The notes beneath the pieces are model-generated. The model did no database searches. It was not told where the DNA came from and worked only from the letters and a program-made list of their open reading frames with translations. A program made the translations under genes and the position numbers. Shown piece by piece: positions 36,361-45,970 of a DNA stretch of 64,000 nucleotides. The stretch is from a bacterium (GTDB lineage Bacteria > Verrucomicrobiota > Verrucomicrobiia > Limisphaerales > RI-55): the NCBI GenBank assembly GCA_016124235.1, contig WGOC01000017.1:290967-354966 (forward strand), in the 5' to 3' direction. Within the stretch, counting starts at the first letter, position 1. Every line of letters begins with the position of its first letter.

Positions 36361-37353
36361 ATGAAAGCCGCCTTCATCAACGAAACCGGTCCTGCCTCCA
36401 ACATCCAGTTTGGCGATCTTCCCAAACCGAAACTCCGGCATAACCAGGTACTCGTTCGCGTCACCGCCGTTTCAGTCAACCCGATCGATACCTACATTCG
36501 CTCCGGTTTGATCCCGGCCGAATTGCCGAAGCCCTTTATTCTGGGCTGCGATTTGGCCGGCGTCGTCGAGGCGACTGGTGCTGACGCAAAACGTTTCAAG
36601 CCCGGCGATCGCGTGTGGGGCAGCAACCAGGGTTTGCTCGGCCGGCAGGGCACGTTCGCCGAATACGCCGCTGTCGATGAATGTTTTCTTTATCCCATTC
36701 CCAGCGACGTGAGCGACGAGCAGGCCGCGGCGATTGCGCTGGTCGGGATCACCGCGCATCTCGGCCTGGTGCGCGAAGCCAAACTCAAGCCGCATGAAAC
36801 GATCTTCATCAATGGCGGCAGCGGCGGCGTCGGTTCCACGGTGATCCAGATGGCGAAGGCGATTGGCGCGAGAGTTTTCGCGTGTGCCGGTTCCGACGAA
36901 AAAGTCGCTGCCTGCAAGGAACTCGGCGCCGAGGCGGCGTTTAACTACAAGACCCATAACATCGGCGAAGAACTCAAAAAGGCCGCACCCGCCGGCGTGA
37001 ATGTCTGGTGGGAAACGACGCGCGAACCGAACTTCGAACTCGCGGTCAGCGCGCTGGCGGCCCGAGGTCGGATGATCGTGATGGCTGGACGCGACGCCAA
37101 ACCGCCGTTCCCGGTCGGACCATTTTACGTGAAGGGCTGCGCGCTCCACGGTTTTGTGATGTTTCTCGCCACGCCCGAGGAGCAGCGCCATTGCGCCGAA
37201 GACATCAACCGTTGGCTGGTGCAACGCAAACTGAAGGCTAAAATCGATCGCATTCTGCCGCTCAGCAAGGCCGCGGAAGCGCACCAAATTCAGGAGGACG
37301 CAACGATCAAGAAATCGGGAGCCATCGCGGGCAAGATCGTTTTGAAACCCTGA
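36361..37353 (+). CDS. NADPH:quinone oxidoreductase / MDR-family zinc-type alcohol dehydrogenase-like
   Basis: The GGSGGVGS nucleotide-binding motif and the overall MDR (Qor) pattern. Confidence 0.85.
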   Translation: MKAAFINETGPASNIQFGDLPKPKLRHNQVLVRVTAVSVNPIDTYIRSGLIPAELPKPFILGCDLAGVVEATGADAKRFKPGDRVWGSNQGLLGRQGTFAEYAAVDECFLYPIPSDVSDEQAAAIALVGITAHLGLVREAKLKPHETIFINGGSGGVGSTVIQMAKAIGARVFACAGSDEKVAACKELGAEAAFNYKTHNIGEELKKAAPAGVNVWWETTREPNFELAVSALAARGRMIVMAGRDAKPPFPVGPFYVKGCALHGFVMFLATPEEQRHCAEDINRWLVQRKLKAKIDRILPLSKAAEAHQIQEDATIKKSGAIAGKIVLKP

Positions 37354-37418
37354 ACGAGGCCCGCAACCGAACAGGGGTGAAGCCGCATCATCTTCTCAAA
37401 GCAATGGTGTCCGTCGCG

Positions 37419-40040
37419 CTATTCAAACGATTGTCCGGACTTCGCCTTGGGCTGGCCGGCGTAGGTGATCCTTTTGCCTGGCTGATAAAGGTTGAGTTCG
37501 TGAATTGACCAGAAGAGTCCGTCCACCTTCCCGGTGTCCGTGATGCGGATGAACCGCGCCTTGACCGGATCAAACGCAATATCGGTCACCGGACCGTCAC
37601 CCTTGCCCTTGGCGACAGGATCGCTCCACGTTTTGCCATCGTCAGAAACCCGCACTTCGTAGCCTCGCGGATAATCGCCATTCGACCCCCGGGTGTTGAG
37701 ATTGATCTCGGAGACCGTCGTCGCCTTGGGCAACTCGATCTGGAACCACATGCCCGGAACTTGCGGCGTGCCCGTGTCGAACCGCGTACCGAGATTGCCA
37801 TCGATCGCGTTGCGAACCTTGTTCTGGTTGTGGCTGGCCGTCAGTTTCCACGCCTGCTTGTCACCGATCTGCTGCGGCAGAACGGCGTGCAGTTCATCGA
37901 GCGTCCAGGGCGTTGTGCGCGCGGCTGATTCGGTGCGAACCTTGGCCACTTCCGCCGGCGTCACGAACGAGGATTCATTACCAAAACTGTTGCGAACGTA
38001 CGAGGCGATCGCCGCAACCCACTGATCGTCGTTGGCACCCATCGGCACCATCAACGCCGTGTAGTTCTTGCCATCAACCGGCCCGTTCAGACCGTGCAGA
38101 ATCACATTGATGACACCGGCCACATTTCCGTTGACCGTTTTGGATCCGGCGAGTGGTGGAGCCATCGTTCCCTTCGCACCTTCCATCGGCGCGCCCTTGC
38201 CGTTGCTTCCGTGGCACGCAAAACACAGTTCCTTGTAAGTCGCCGCGCCGTCCGCGAGTTGTTTGCGCTCGGCGGCGCTCAACTGCACCGGCGGACGCGA
38301 ATCCTGAGGTCCATTGAGCAGTTGTCGCGCAATCTCCCGAACGCCTTTTGAGGAGGAATTCGCGGCGGCCGCTTCAATCATTGGTTTGGCCTGGTCAAAC
38401 TTTAGCATTTCCATTGTCAGCATCGCCTGGATCGCCACTTCCGGACTGCCGTCCAGCGCGGCCAGTTTCAAATCGAGGTGCAAATCGTCATTGCCGGCCT
38501 TGAACAACGATTCGGAAGCGCGGATTGCAGCAACGCGGACATGCGGATCCTGGTCCATCAATCGCGCACGAATAAATTCCGGATCCAAGGCACCCAGGCC
38601 TTCCAATGTCCAGATCGCGTGAATACGGGTCAGTTCGCTGCGGTTGTGCTCAGCCATGTCCTTCAATGCCGGCACGACCGATTTATCCTGACGTAACACC
38701 AGCAGTTTCTGCGCGGTGTCACGTGTCCAGCCGTTATTGCTTTCCAAATGTGTCACCAGGGTGGCGGGCGATTCGTCGAGCATGTGGGGCGAATCCACCT
38801 TGCGGGTGTCGACGTGTTTGAGCCGCCAGATGCGGCCGTGGTCGGTGTTCTTGTCGAACTGATATTGCTGCACAATCGTGCGCAGATAGCTGCCCGGCCG
38901 CACCCAATTTCCTTCCTGAATGATACCGCGGTACATGTCGGTGATGTACATCGTGCCATCGGGCGCATTGGCGATGTTCACCGGGCGGAAATTAGGATCG
39001 TGGGACCGAATGAATTCCGAACCGGGATACGCATTGTGCAAATACGTGATCCCGTCGATGACTTCGACCTTCGACCGACGGATCAATCGCCCAACCGGCT
39101 CGCCAAAAAGCAAATCGCCCTGAATATCGTCGGGCAATTGATCGCCCCGCACGATGGCCGCACCGCAGGTCGCCGTAAAATGGTTGAGCGTCTTTTCCTC
39201 CGGCCGGAACCGCGCCGTTCCGCCTTGCACATCGGGAATCGCGACGAGCGGATAGACTTCGCGGTAATCGGGGGGAACGTCGTTCGCGACATTGAACGCG
39301 CCGTAAACGATCGGCACCTGAAAATTCAACGGACCCCGTTCGCCGCCGGCGTTGACGATCCACGGCTTGCCGTAATTATCCTGCGTCAGGCCCCATTGAC
39401 CACCATTGGGCGCCGTTGGTTCGCGCACAATTCCGTTTGGCGTCCAGCGAATGCGCCAGGCGTTGACGGTCGTGTAAATCCAGTTGTCGAGCGACCAGAT
39501 CAGGCCGCTGGCTTGATGTTCCAAATTCGCCCGCCGAGGTTCACTGTGATAGAACAGTTCCTTCTTGTCTGCGACGCCATCGCCGTCGGTGTCCCAATAA
39601 CGATAGATGTCGCCCGAGTCGGTTTCCCTCACGAGCAGGCTGTCATCCAGCGGGAGCAACATGCGCGGCAGCACGAGATGATCGATGAACACAGTGTGCT
39701 TGTCGTATTTGCCGTCGCCATTCGTATCGACGTGCATGGACACGCGGCTGACCGGCGCATGTTCATTGGTCCCATCGATGTTCTGCATGTAGGACCGCAT
39801 CTCGGCCACGAACATCCGACCGTTGCCGTCAAAAACAGTGATGACCGGTTCCTCGATAACCGGCTCCGAGAGTACCAACTCAAGCTGGTAACCGGATGGC
39901 AGTTCAAATTGTTTCAACTCATCGGCCGGTGACAACATCGGCGGGCGCGGCTGGGGCGGCAACTTGGCATCCGCGGCGGAAAGGGTTCCTGCCGGCAAAA
40001 GCAATGCCAGCAACATGGAGCAAACAACGAACTTGTTCAT
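37419..40040 (-). CDS. PVC-type multi-domain protein: putative membrane-bound dehydrogenase domain + HEAT-like repeats + heme-binding CxxCH + F5/8-type discoidin domain
   Basis: Signal peptide, beta-propeller-like N-terminal half, CFACH heme c motif, and a C-terminal discoidin-like region (NLGTRFDTG...WFQIELP). Confidence 0.75.
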   Translation of the reverse strand: MNKFVVCSMLLALLLPAGTLSAADAKLPPQPRPPMLSPADELKQFELPSGYQLELVLSEPVIEEPVITVFDGNGRMFVAEMRSYMQNIDGTNEHAPVSRVSMHVDTNGDGKYDKHTVFIDHLVLPRMLLPLDDSLLVRETDSGDIYRYWDTDGDGVADKKELFYHSEPRRANLEHQASGLIWSLDNWIYTTVNAWRIRWTPNGIVREPTAPNGGQWGLTQDNYGKPWIVNAGGERGPLNFQVPIVYGAFNVANDVPPDYREVYPLVAIPDVQGGTARFRPEEKTLNHFTATCGAAIVRGDQLPDDIQGDLLFGEPVGRLIRRSKVEVIDGITYLHNAYPGSEFIRSHDPNFRPVNIANAPDGTMYITDMYRGIIQEGNWVRPGSYLRTIVQQYQFDKNTDHGRIWRLKHVDTRKVDSPHMLDESPATLVTHLESNNGWTRDTAQKLLVLRQDKSVVPALKDMAEHNRSELTRIHAIWTLEGLGALDPEFIRARLMDQDPHVRVAAIRASESLFKAGNDDLHLDLKLAALDGSPEVAIQAMLTMEMLKFDQAKPMIEAAAANSSSKGVREIARQLLNGPQDSRPPVQLSAAERKQLADGAATYKELCFACHGSNGKGAPMEGAKGTMAPPLAGSKTVNGNVAGVINVILHGLNGPVDGKNYTALMVPMGANDDQWVAAIASYVRNSFGNESSFVTPAEVAKVRTESAARTTPWTLDELHAVLPQQIGDKQAWKLTASHNQNKVRNAIDGNLGTRFDTGTPQVPGMWFQIELPKATTVSEINLNTRGSNGDYPRGYEVRVSDDGKTWSDPVAKGKGDGPVTDIAFDPVKARFIRITDTGKVDGLFWSIHELNLYQPGKRITYAGQPKAKSGQSFE

Positions 40041-40175
40041 CGGGTTAAGTAAGACGTTATCGCAAGCATCCGAGATTCAACGCAACCGCAATTTGCCCTC
40101 GCGGTCGCCACGAAATTGCCCGCAAATCTCATTTCATTTTTGCCAGTTGCGGATACGTCGTTCTAGGTTGGCGGC

Positions 40176-41363
40176 ATGACAAAAGCGTTCAGTGCTGCCG
40201 CTCATTTTTCCGGGCCCTTCGATGATCAAGCGTTGCAGGAGTGGGTCGGCGAATTGAGCAGCCGCGTCGCGGCCGGTCCCGTGTCATTAGGGCTCGCGTT
40301 CATGACACCGGACTATTTTGACGAGGCCGAGCAGACGCTCGAAATTCTGCGCGTACACGGTCGCATACCGCTCTTGATGGGATGCTCGAGTACAGGCCTG
40401 GTCGTCAATCATCAGGAATTGGAAAACACCTCGGGTGTTGCGGTCGCGCTTTATCACCTGCCAGGTGCCGATTTGCGGGCGTCGCACTTCTCGCCGGAGC
40501 AGGTCGAAGAAGCCAACAGTGCCGCGTATTGGCACCACGAAACAGGTGTCGAAGCCGAAGCCAACAACGGCTGGCTGGTGTTTGCCGATCCGTTTCACAT
40601 GGATTGCCAGGGCTGGCTGAATCAATGGAACGAAGCCTATGCCCCGCTCCCGGTGCTGGGCGGCCTTGCGAGCGGCGATCAGCAAGCGCAGCAAACGCAA
40701 CTCTACCTGAACGGCGACGTCTTTGACGAAGGCGGTGTCGCATTGTCAATCGGGGGCGACGTTCGTCTGGCCAGCGTCATTTCACAGGGCTGCACACCGA
40801 TTGGCGACACGTGGACGATCACCAAGGCGCAAGGCAACGTGATCCTCGAAATTGCCAATCGCCCCGCGTACGAAGTGCTGATGGAAACGATCGGCGAACT
40901 GAGCGAAGCGGAGCAATTAACGCTGCGCGGCAACCTGTTTGTCGGACTCGTGATCAACGAGTATCTGGAGGCATTTCATCGCGGCGATTTTCTGATTCGC
41001 AATCTGATGGGCGCTGACCCAAGCGTGGGCGCGCTCGTCGTTGGTGCGATCCCGCGGATGGGACAAACCATTCAGTTTCAGCGACGTGACGCCCGGGCGG
41101 CCACCGAGGACATGAGCGAATTGCTGACTCGTTCCAGCCGGGAACTGGACGGCCGCACGATCTATGGCGGTTCGTTGCACTGTTGCAACGGACGCGGCCA
41201 AGGTCTGTTTCAAGCGCCAAGCCACGATGCCCGGATGATTCAGGATCGATTGGGACCACTGACGTTATCCGGCTTCTTCTGCAATGGCGAGTTGGGCCCG
41301 GTAGGCGACAAGAACTTCTTGCACGGCTACACCGCATCCTTGGCGTTGTTTGTCGAAAAATAG
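40176..41363 (+). CDS. FIST-domain (FIST_N/FIST_C) sensory protein
   Basis: Two-lobed FIST pattern with no other domains. Confidence 0.6.
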   Translation: MTKAFSAAAHFSGPFDDQALQEWVGELSSRVAAGPVSLGLAFMTPDYFDEAEQTLEILRVHGRIPLLMGCSSTGLVVNHQELENTSGVAVALYHLPGADLRASHFSPEQVEEANSAAYWHHETGVEAEANNGWLVFADPFHMDCQGWLNQWNEAYAPLPVLGGLASGDQQAQQTQLYLNGDVFDEGGVALSIGGDVRLASVISQGCTPIGDTWTITKAQGNVILEIANRPAYEVLMETIGELSEAEQLTLRGNLFVGLVINEYLEAFHRGDFLIRNLMGADPSVGALVVGAIPRMGQTIQFQRRDARAATEDMSELLTRSSRELDGRTIYGGSLHCCNGRGQGLFQAPSHDARMIQDRLGPLTLSGFFCNGELGPVGDKNFLHGYTASLALFVEK

Positions 41364-41364
41364 A

Positions 41365-41397
41365 AATCCGCCGAACCCAGGCTGAGTCCGGCGGATT
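41365..41397. terminator. Bidirectional hairpin between the convergent FIST and icd genes
   Basis: Stem AATCCGCCG / CGGCGGATT (9 bp) with a 15-nt loop. On the minus strand it is followed by TCTATTTTTC. Confidence 0.45.
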
Positions 41398-41432
41398 GTC
41401 GTAATTGAAGCTGTTCTCGAATTCGATTCACC

Positions 41433-42749
41433 CTACATGTGGGCGATCATGTTGTCGCCGAATTCCGAGCACTTGATCTGGGTGGCGCCTTCCATCTGGC
41501 GGGCGAAATCGTAGGTGACTTTCTTCGACGCAATCGCGCCGTTGAGGCCCTTCAGAATCAAATCAGCCGCTTCGATCCAGCCCATGTGGCGCAGCATCAT
41601 TTCGCCGGAGAGCACGACCGACCCCGGGTTCACCTGATCCTTGTTCGCGTACTTCGGAGCCGTGCCGTGCGTGGCTTCAAAGATGGCGTGGCCGGTGATG
41701 TAGTTGATGTTGCCACCGGGCGCGATGCCGATGCCTCCAACTTGAGCCGCGAGGGCATCGGACAAATAATCGCCGTTCAAATTCAACGTGGCGATCACGT
41801 CAAAATCGTCCGGCCGCGTGAGCACCTGCTGGAGTGTGATGTCGGCGATGGCGTCCTTAATGACAATACCAGCGCCCGGTTTGCCCTCGGGAATCTTGCA
41901 CCACGGTCCGCCGTCGAGTTCCTCGGCGCCGAAATATTCCTTCGCCACCTGATAACCCCAGTCGCGGAAGGCACCCTCGGTGAATTTCATGATGTTGCCC
42001 TTGTGCACGAGCGTCACCGATTTGCGGTTGTTCTTGATCGCGTAACTGATCGCGCTGTGCACCAGCCGGCAGGTGCCCGACCAGCTGACCGGTTTGATCC
42101 CGATGCCGACCTTCACCTTGCTGTCGACGTTCGGTGCACCAACCATTTTCCAAAACTCGGCCGCTTTGTCCTCGGTGCCGAAGCGGATCTTGGCAAACTC
42201 CTTCGGAAATTCCTTGGCCATGAAGTCGAGGTACTTCTGCGCCTCGGGCGTGCCGCCGGCGTATTCAATGCCCGCGTAGATGTCCTCCGTGTTTTCCCGG
42301 AAGATGACCATGTCGACTTTTTCCGGATGCTTCACCGGCGACGGAACACCCGCAAAATACTGGACGGGACGAAGGCAAACATACAGGTCGAGCATTTGCC
42401 GAAGCGCCACGTTCAGCGAACGGATGCCGCCGCCCACCGGCGTGGTCAACGGTCCCTTGATGCCAACCAGAAATTCCTTGAACGCCTCGACGGTGTCGTC
42501 CGGCAACCAGCTGTCGAATTTGTCTTTCGCGGCCTGACCGGCAAACACTTCCATCCAGGAAACCTTGCGTTTGCCGGCGTAGGCTTTGGCAACCGCCGCG
42601 TCAAACACGCGCTCGCTGGCCGCCCAGATGTCAGGGCCCGTGCCGTCGCCACGAATAAACGGGATGATGGGCTGGTCGGGAACGTTCAGTTTGCCGGCTT
42701 GAATACTGATCTTGCCGCCTTCGGGAACTTTGCAGGTTGTGTATGCCAT
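41433..42749 (-). CDS. icd: NADP-dependent isocitrate dehydrogenase (prokaryotic homodimeric type)
   Basis: Collinear with E. coli Icd: GDGIGPDI-like, [50 protein letters not shown]. Confidence 0.95.
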   Translation of the reverse strand: MAYTTCKVPEGGKISIQAGKLNVPDQPIIPFIRGDGTGPDIWAASERVFDAAVAKAYAGKRKVSWMEVFAGQAAKDKFDSWLPDDTVEAFKEFLVGIKGPLTTPVGGGIRSLNVALRQMLDLYVCLRPVQYFAGVPSPVKHPEKVDMVIFRENTEDIYAGIEYAGGTPEAQKYLDFMAKEFPKEFAKIRFGTEDKAAEFWKMVGAPNVDSKVKVGIGIKPVSWSGTCRLVHSAISYAIKNNRKSVTLVHKGNIMKFTEGAFRDWGYQVAKEYFGAEELDGGPWCKIPEGKPGAGIVIKDAIADITLQQVLTRPDDFDVIATLNLNGDYLSDALAAQVGGIGIAPGGNINYITGHAIFEATHGTAPKYANKDQVNPGSVVLSGEMMLRHMGWIEAADLILKGLNGAIASKKVTYDFARQMEGATQIKCSEFGDNMIAHM

Positions 42750-42858
42750 GTTTCGATTTCGGAGAAGTTTAAGAACAAATCAGGCCGCGCATCGTGCCGA
42801 TGCGCGGCCTGTTGATCAACGTGGAAATTGACGGTCAGCGACCGATTCTTGGTAGCCG

Positions 42859-44847
42859 TCAGGCCATGGCCACGGTTTTTTGTGCGGTCCGGCTCCCAGA
42901 CTGAAACTCGGCCTGGACCAACTCGACCGCCCGGGCGGCGGTGAGACCGTGTTTCTCCCGCAAGTAACCGACCGAACTGGCGTGCTCAATAAACTGATCG
43001 GGCCAACCGATCCGCACGACCGGCGTCGTGATGCGCTCACTGGCAAAGTGCTCCATCACGATCGAACCGTAGCCCCCCATGAGCACGTGATCTTCAAACG
43101 TCACGACCACATCGGCGGCCTGGCCGAAGAACGAGTGCGTCGCAGCATCAATCGGTTTGGTGAAACGCGGATTGATCACCGCACAATCGTACCCGGCGGC
43201 CGTCAGTAACTGCGCCGCCTCCTTCGCCACCGAATGCATGTTGCCCAGGCCGAACAACGCGACCTTGGCTTTGCCGTCGTTGCCAAAATTCTGCGTCACC
43301 TCCGCCTTACCGATTTCGAGCAACTTGGGTTGATCCTTGATCGGCACGCCCTCGGCACCACCGCGTGGATAGCGGATGAAGGTCGGGTGTTTGGTATGCG
43401 TGCAGGTGAACATCATGTCGACGAGTTCGTCCTCATCCTTCGGCGCCATCGCAATGACGTTCGGCAGGCAACGCAAGTAGGCGATGTCGAACAAGCCGTG
43501 ATGCGTCGGACCGTCATTCGCGGAGAGGCCCGCGCGATCCATGCAGAAAATCACGGGGAGGTCCTGCAGACAAACATCGTGATGAATGCAATCGTACGCT
43601 CGCTGGAGGAACGTCGAGTAAATCGCGACCACCGGATGCATGCCCATCGTCGCCATGCCGGCGGCGAAGATCACGGCGTGTTCCTCGGCAATGCCGACGT
43701 CGAAATAACGATTGGGCAGTTCGTCCCGCAGGAATTTCAAGCCGGTACCGCTGGGCATGGCGGCGGTAATGCCGACAAGGGTCGTGTCCTTCTTGCACAT
43801 CCGGACCATCGCCTGACCAAAGACGTCCATATAAGTCGGCGCAGAACCGGGCTTTGATGAAGGCGTGGTTCCCGTTTTGGCATCGTACGGCCCGAGGCCG
43901 TGAAATTTCTCGGGATATTTTTGCGCGGCTTCGAATCCTTTGCCCTTCTTGGTGAGGATATGAATCACCACCGGTTCCGGACAATCCTTCGCATACTCCA
44001 AAATACTGATGAGCATCGGCAGATTATGGCCGTCGATCGGTCCGATGTATTTGAGTCCGAGCTCCTCAAAAATAAGGCTGCTACCGTAGCCACCCTTGCC
44101 GTCACCGCCGAGACCGGGTTGGCCGGGCTTGAGCGAAACGTCGGTAAGCACGCCCTTGATTGTCTCTTCCGCCATGTGACCGAGGCGGATGGCCACTTCA
44201 CCTTTCGGCACGCGCCGCAACAAGCCTTCGAGATCACGCTGCAACTGAGTGTAGCGCGGGTGCGTGATGATCTTATTCAGGTAACCGGCGATGGCGCCGA
44301 CGTTCTTGTCGATGCTCCACTCATTGTCGTTCAGGATGCCAATGAACTTCTTGGTCGTGGACGAGATGTTGTTCAGCGCCTCATAGGAAATCCCATTGGT
44401 GAGCGCGGCGTCGCCGAAGATGCAAACGACGTTTTCGTCCGTGCCCTTCTTGTCCCGGGCCGCACACATGCCGAGCGCCGCCGAAAGCGCTGTCCCGGCA
44501 TGGCCGGCACCGTAGCAATCGTGTTCGCTCTCGGTGCGCAGGGAGAATCCGTTGAGCCCGTCGGTTTGCCGAATGGTGTGAAAGCGATCCTTCCGGCCGG
44601 TCAGAATCTTGTGCACATAGCTCTGGTGGCTCACGTCCCAGACAAATTTGTCCTTGGGCGTGCTAAAAACTTTGTGCAGCGCGATGGTCAACTCCACCAC
44701 GCCGAGGTTCGGTCCGAGGTGGCCGCCCGCCTTGGCAAGCGTGGTGATCAACTCCTGACGGACGTCTTCCGCCAGTTTTTCGCACTGTTCGAGGGTGAGC
44801 TTTTTTACGTGTTCCGGGCTGTCAACCATGTCGAGGTATCGGCTCAT
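42859..44847 (-). CDS. dxs: 1-deoxy-D-xylulose-5-phosphate synthase
   Basis: MSRYLDMVDSPEHVKKLTLEQ, GHLGPNLGVVELT, the TPP-binding GDGA.TAG-like motif, and transketolase-like C-terminal domains. Confidence 0.95.
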   Translation of the reverse strand: MSRYLDMVDSPEHVKKLTLEQCEKLAEDVRQELITTLAKAGGHLGPNLGVVELTIALHKVFSTPKDKFVWDVSHQSYVHKILTGRKDRFHTIRQTDGLNGFSLRTESEHDCYGAGHAGTALSAALGMCAARDKKGTDENVVCIFGDAALTNGISYEALNNISSTTKKFIGILNDNEWSIDKNVGAIAGYLNKIITHPRYTQLQRDLEGLLRRVPKGEVAIRLGHMAEETIKGVLTDVSLKPGQPGLGGDGKGGYGSSLIFEELGLKYIGPIDGHNLPMLISILEYAKDCPEPVVIHILTKKGKGFEAAQKYPEKFHGLGPYDAKTGTTPSSKPGSAPTYMDVFGQAMVRMCKKDTTLVGITAAMPSGTGLKFLRDELPNRYFDVGIAEEHAVIFAAGMATMGMHPVVAIYSTFLQRAYDCIHHDVCLQDLPVIFCMDRAGLSANDGPTHHGLFDIAYLRCLPNVIAMAPKDEDELVDMMFTCTHTKHPTFIRYPRGGAEGVPIKDQPKLLEIGKAEVTQNFGNDGKAKVALFGLGNMHSVAKEAAQLLTAAGYDCAVINPRFTKPIDAATHSFFGQAADVVVTFEDHVLMGGYGSIVMEHFASERITTPVVRIGWPDQFIEHASSVGYLREKHGLTAARAVELVQAEFQSGSRTAQKTVAMA

Positions 44848-45131
44848 TGCGGGTCCTGTTCTGCGGTATCGTCGTCGACGGGAAACGGCTTCAATTCAAG
44901 TTCGCCGGCCGCGTTCTTTTCCAGTTTCTGAATCTTCAACTCAGCCTCGGCGAGCTTTTTCTGGCAGACGCCGGCGAGCTGGGTGCCTTGTTCATAGTGC
45001 TTGATCAACTCCTCCAGCGGCAGTTCGTCGGATTCCATCTCCTCAACGATGGCCTCGAGTTTTTTCAAGGCCACTTCAAAGGAAACGTCCGACGCCACGG
45101 CTGTTGCGCTGGATTTGGATGTTTTCGGCAC
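44844..45131 (-). CDS. xseB: Exodeoxyribonuclease VII small subunit
   Basis: FEVALKKLEAIVEEMESDELPLEELIKHYEQGTQL is the XseB signature. GTG start at 45131. Overlaps dxs by 4 nt. Confidence 0.8.
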   Translation of the reverse strand: MPKTSKSSATAVASDVSFEVALKKLEAIVEEMESDELPLEELIKHYEQGTQLAGVCQKKLAEAELKIQKLEKNAAGELELKPFPVDDDTAEQDPQ

Positions 45132-45281
45132 GGGCGCGACGCTAGAGCAGCTCGGCCGGGCCGTAAAGCAAGGTTTTGGGTCGGCGAGAAGCCCGTCGGC
45201 ACCGGAGCATGGTTGCGGCGAAATTTGATCAAAAAAACCGCGAGCCGACGCACAAACCGGCCTCGAACTCAGGTGAAGGGA

Positions 45282-45893
45282 TCAATCCGCGTGCGCCAAC
45301 GGCAGGTCGCCTTCGTATTTGTCGCCTACGTAAAGAACCAGTTTTGGGCCGCCGTTCTCACCTTTTCGAGCTTCGAGATCGATCGGAGTTTCCTGGGGCA
45401 CGTTCAATGGCTTGAGCGCGATCTCCAACAACGGCTTTTCGCCCTTACCGTAAAGGATCAGCTTGCCGCCTTTGCCAACGCGCTGAAAGGCAACGTGGTA
45501 CATGCTCACCTCCGCTTCGCCATCGTTGGTCTTCACTTTCACCAAGCGGAGCGATTCCTTGCCGGCCGGTTTCCCATCGATGACCGGGACCACTTTGTGC
45601 AGCCAAAGCTGCGCGACGGGAATGGGCGTCCTGGGGCGGGCCGATTCAATTTTGTGTTTCAACGAGTAAACCGGGACCGCCAACGCGCCGGTATTATCGT
45701 CACTCCTGAGCGCGCAGGGTTTGAACGCATTGACTTCCAGACGGAACGGGGCATCCGCGATTTCCCCCATCGCATTGTTCAGCAGCAAGGTGGCCTTTTG
45801 CGCGTCATCAAGACTCGTCCGGCTCACGTCCGCGAGGGTCGCCATCGTCAACGACAGGCTGGCAAAAATGAACGTGATCAATCGTGATTTCAT
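45282..45893 (-). CDS. Secreted hypothetical protein
   Basis: The signal peptide MKSRLITFIFASLSLTMATLADVS starts at the internal ATG 45893. No recognisable domain. Confidence 0.4.
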   Translation of the reverse strand: MKSRLITFIFASLSLTMATLADVSRTSLDDAQKATLLLNNAMGEIADAPFRLEVNAFKPCALRSDDNTGALAVPVYSLKHKIESARPRTPIPVAQLWLHKVVPVIDGKPAGKESLRLVKVKTNDGEAEVSMYHVAFQRVGKGGKLILYGKGEKPLLEIALKPLNVPQETPIDLEARKGENGGPKLVLYVGDKYEGDLPLAHAD

Positions 45894-45970
45894 GGCGTCA
45901 TCATAAACAAGCAAAGCCGGCACGTCGTCAGGAAAAGCGAACCCCACCCCAACCCGCCGACAGCTGCCGG

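Noticed and set aside
38748-39932. 394-aa plus-strand ORF
   Set aside because: It is antisense to the heme-binding dehydrogenase-like gene.
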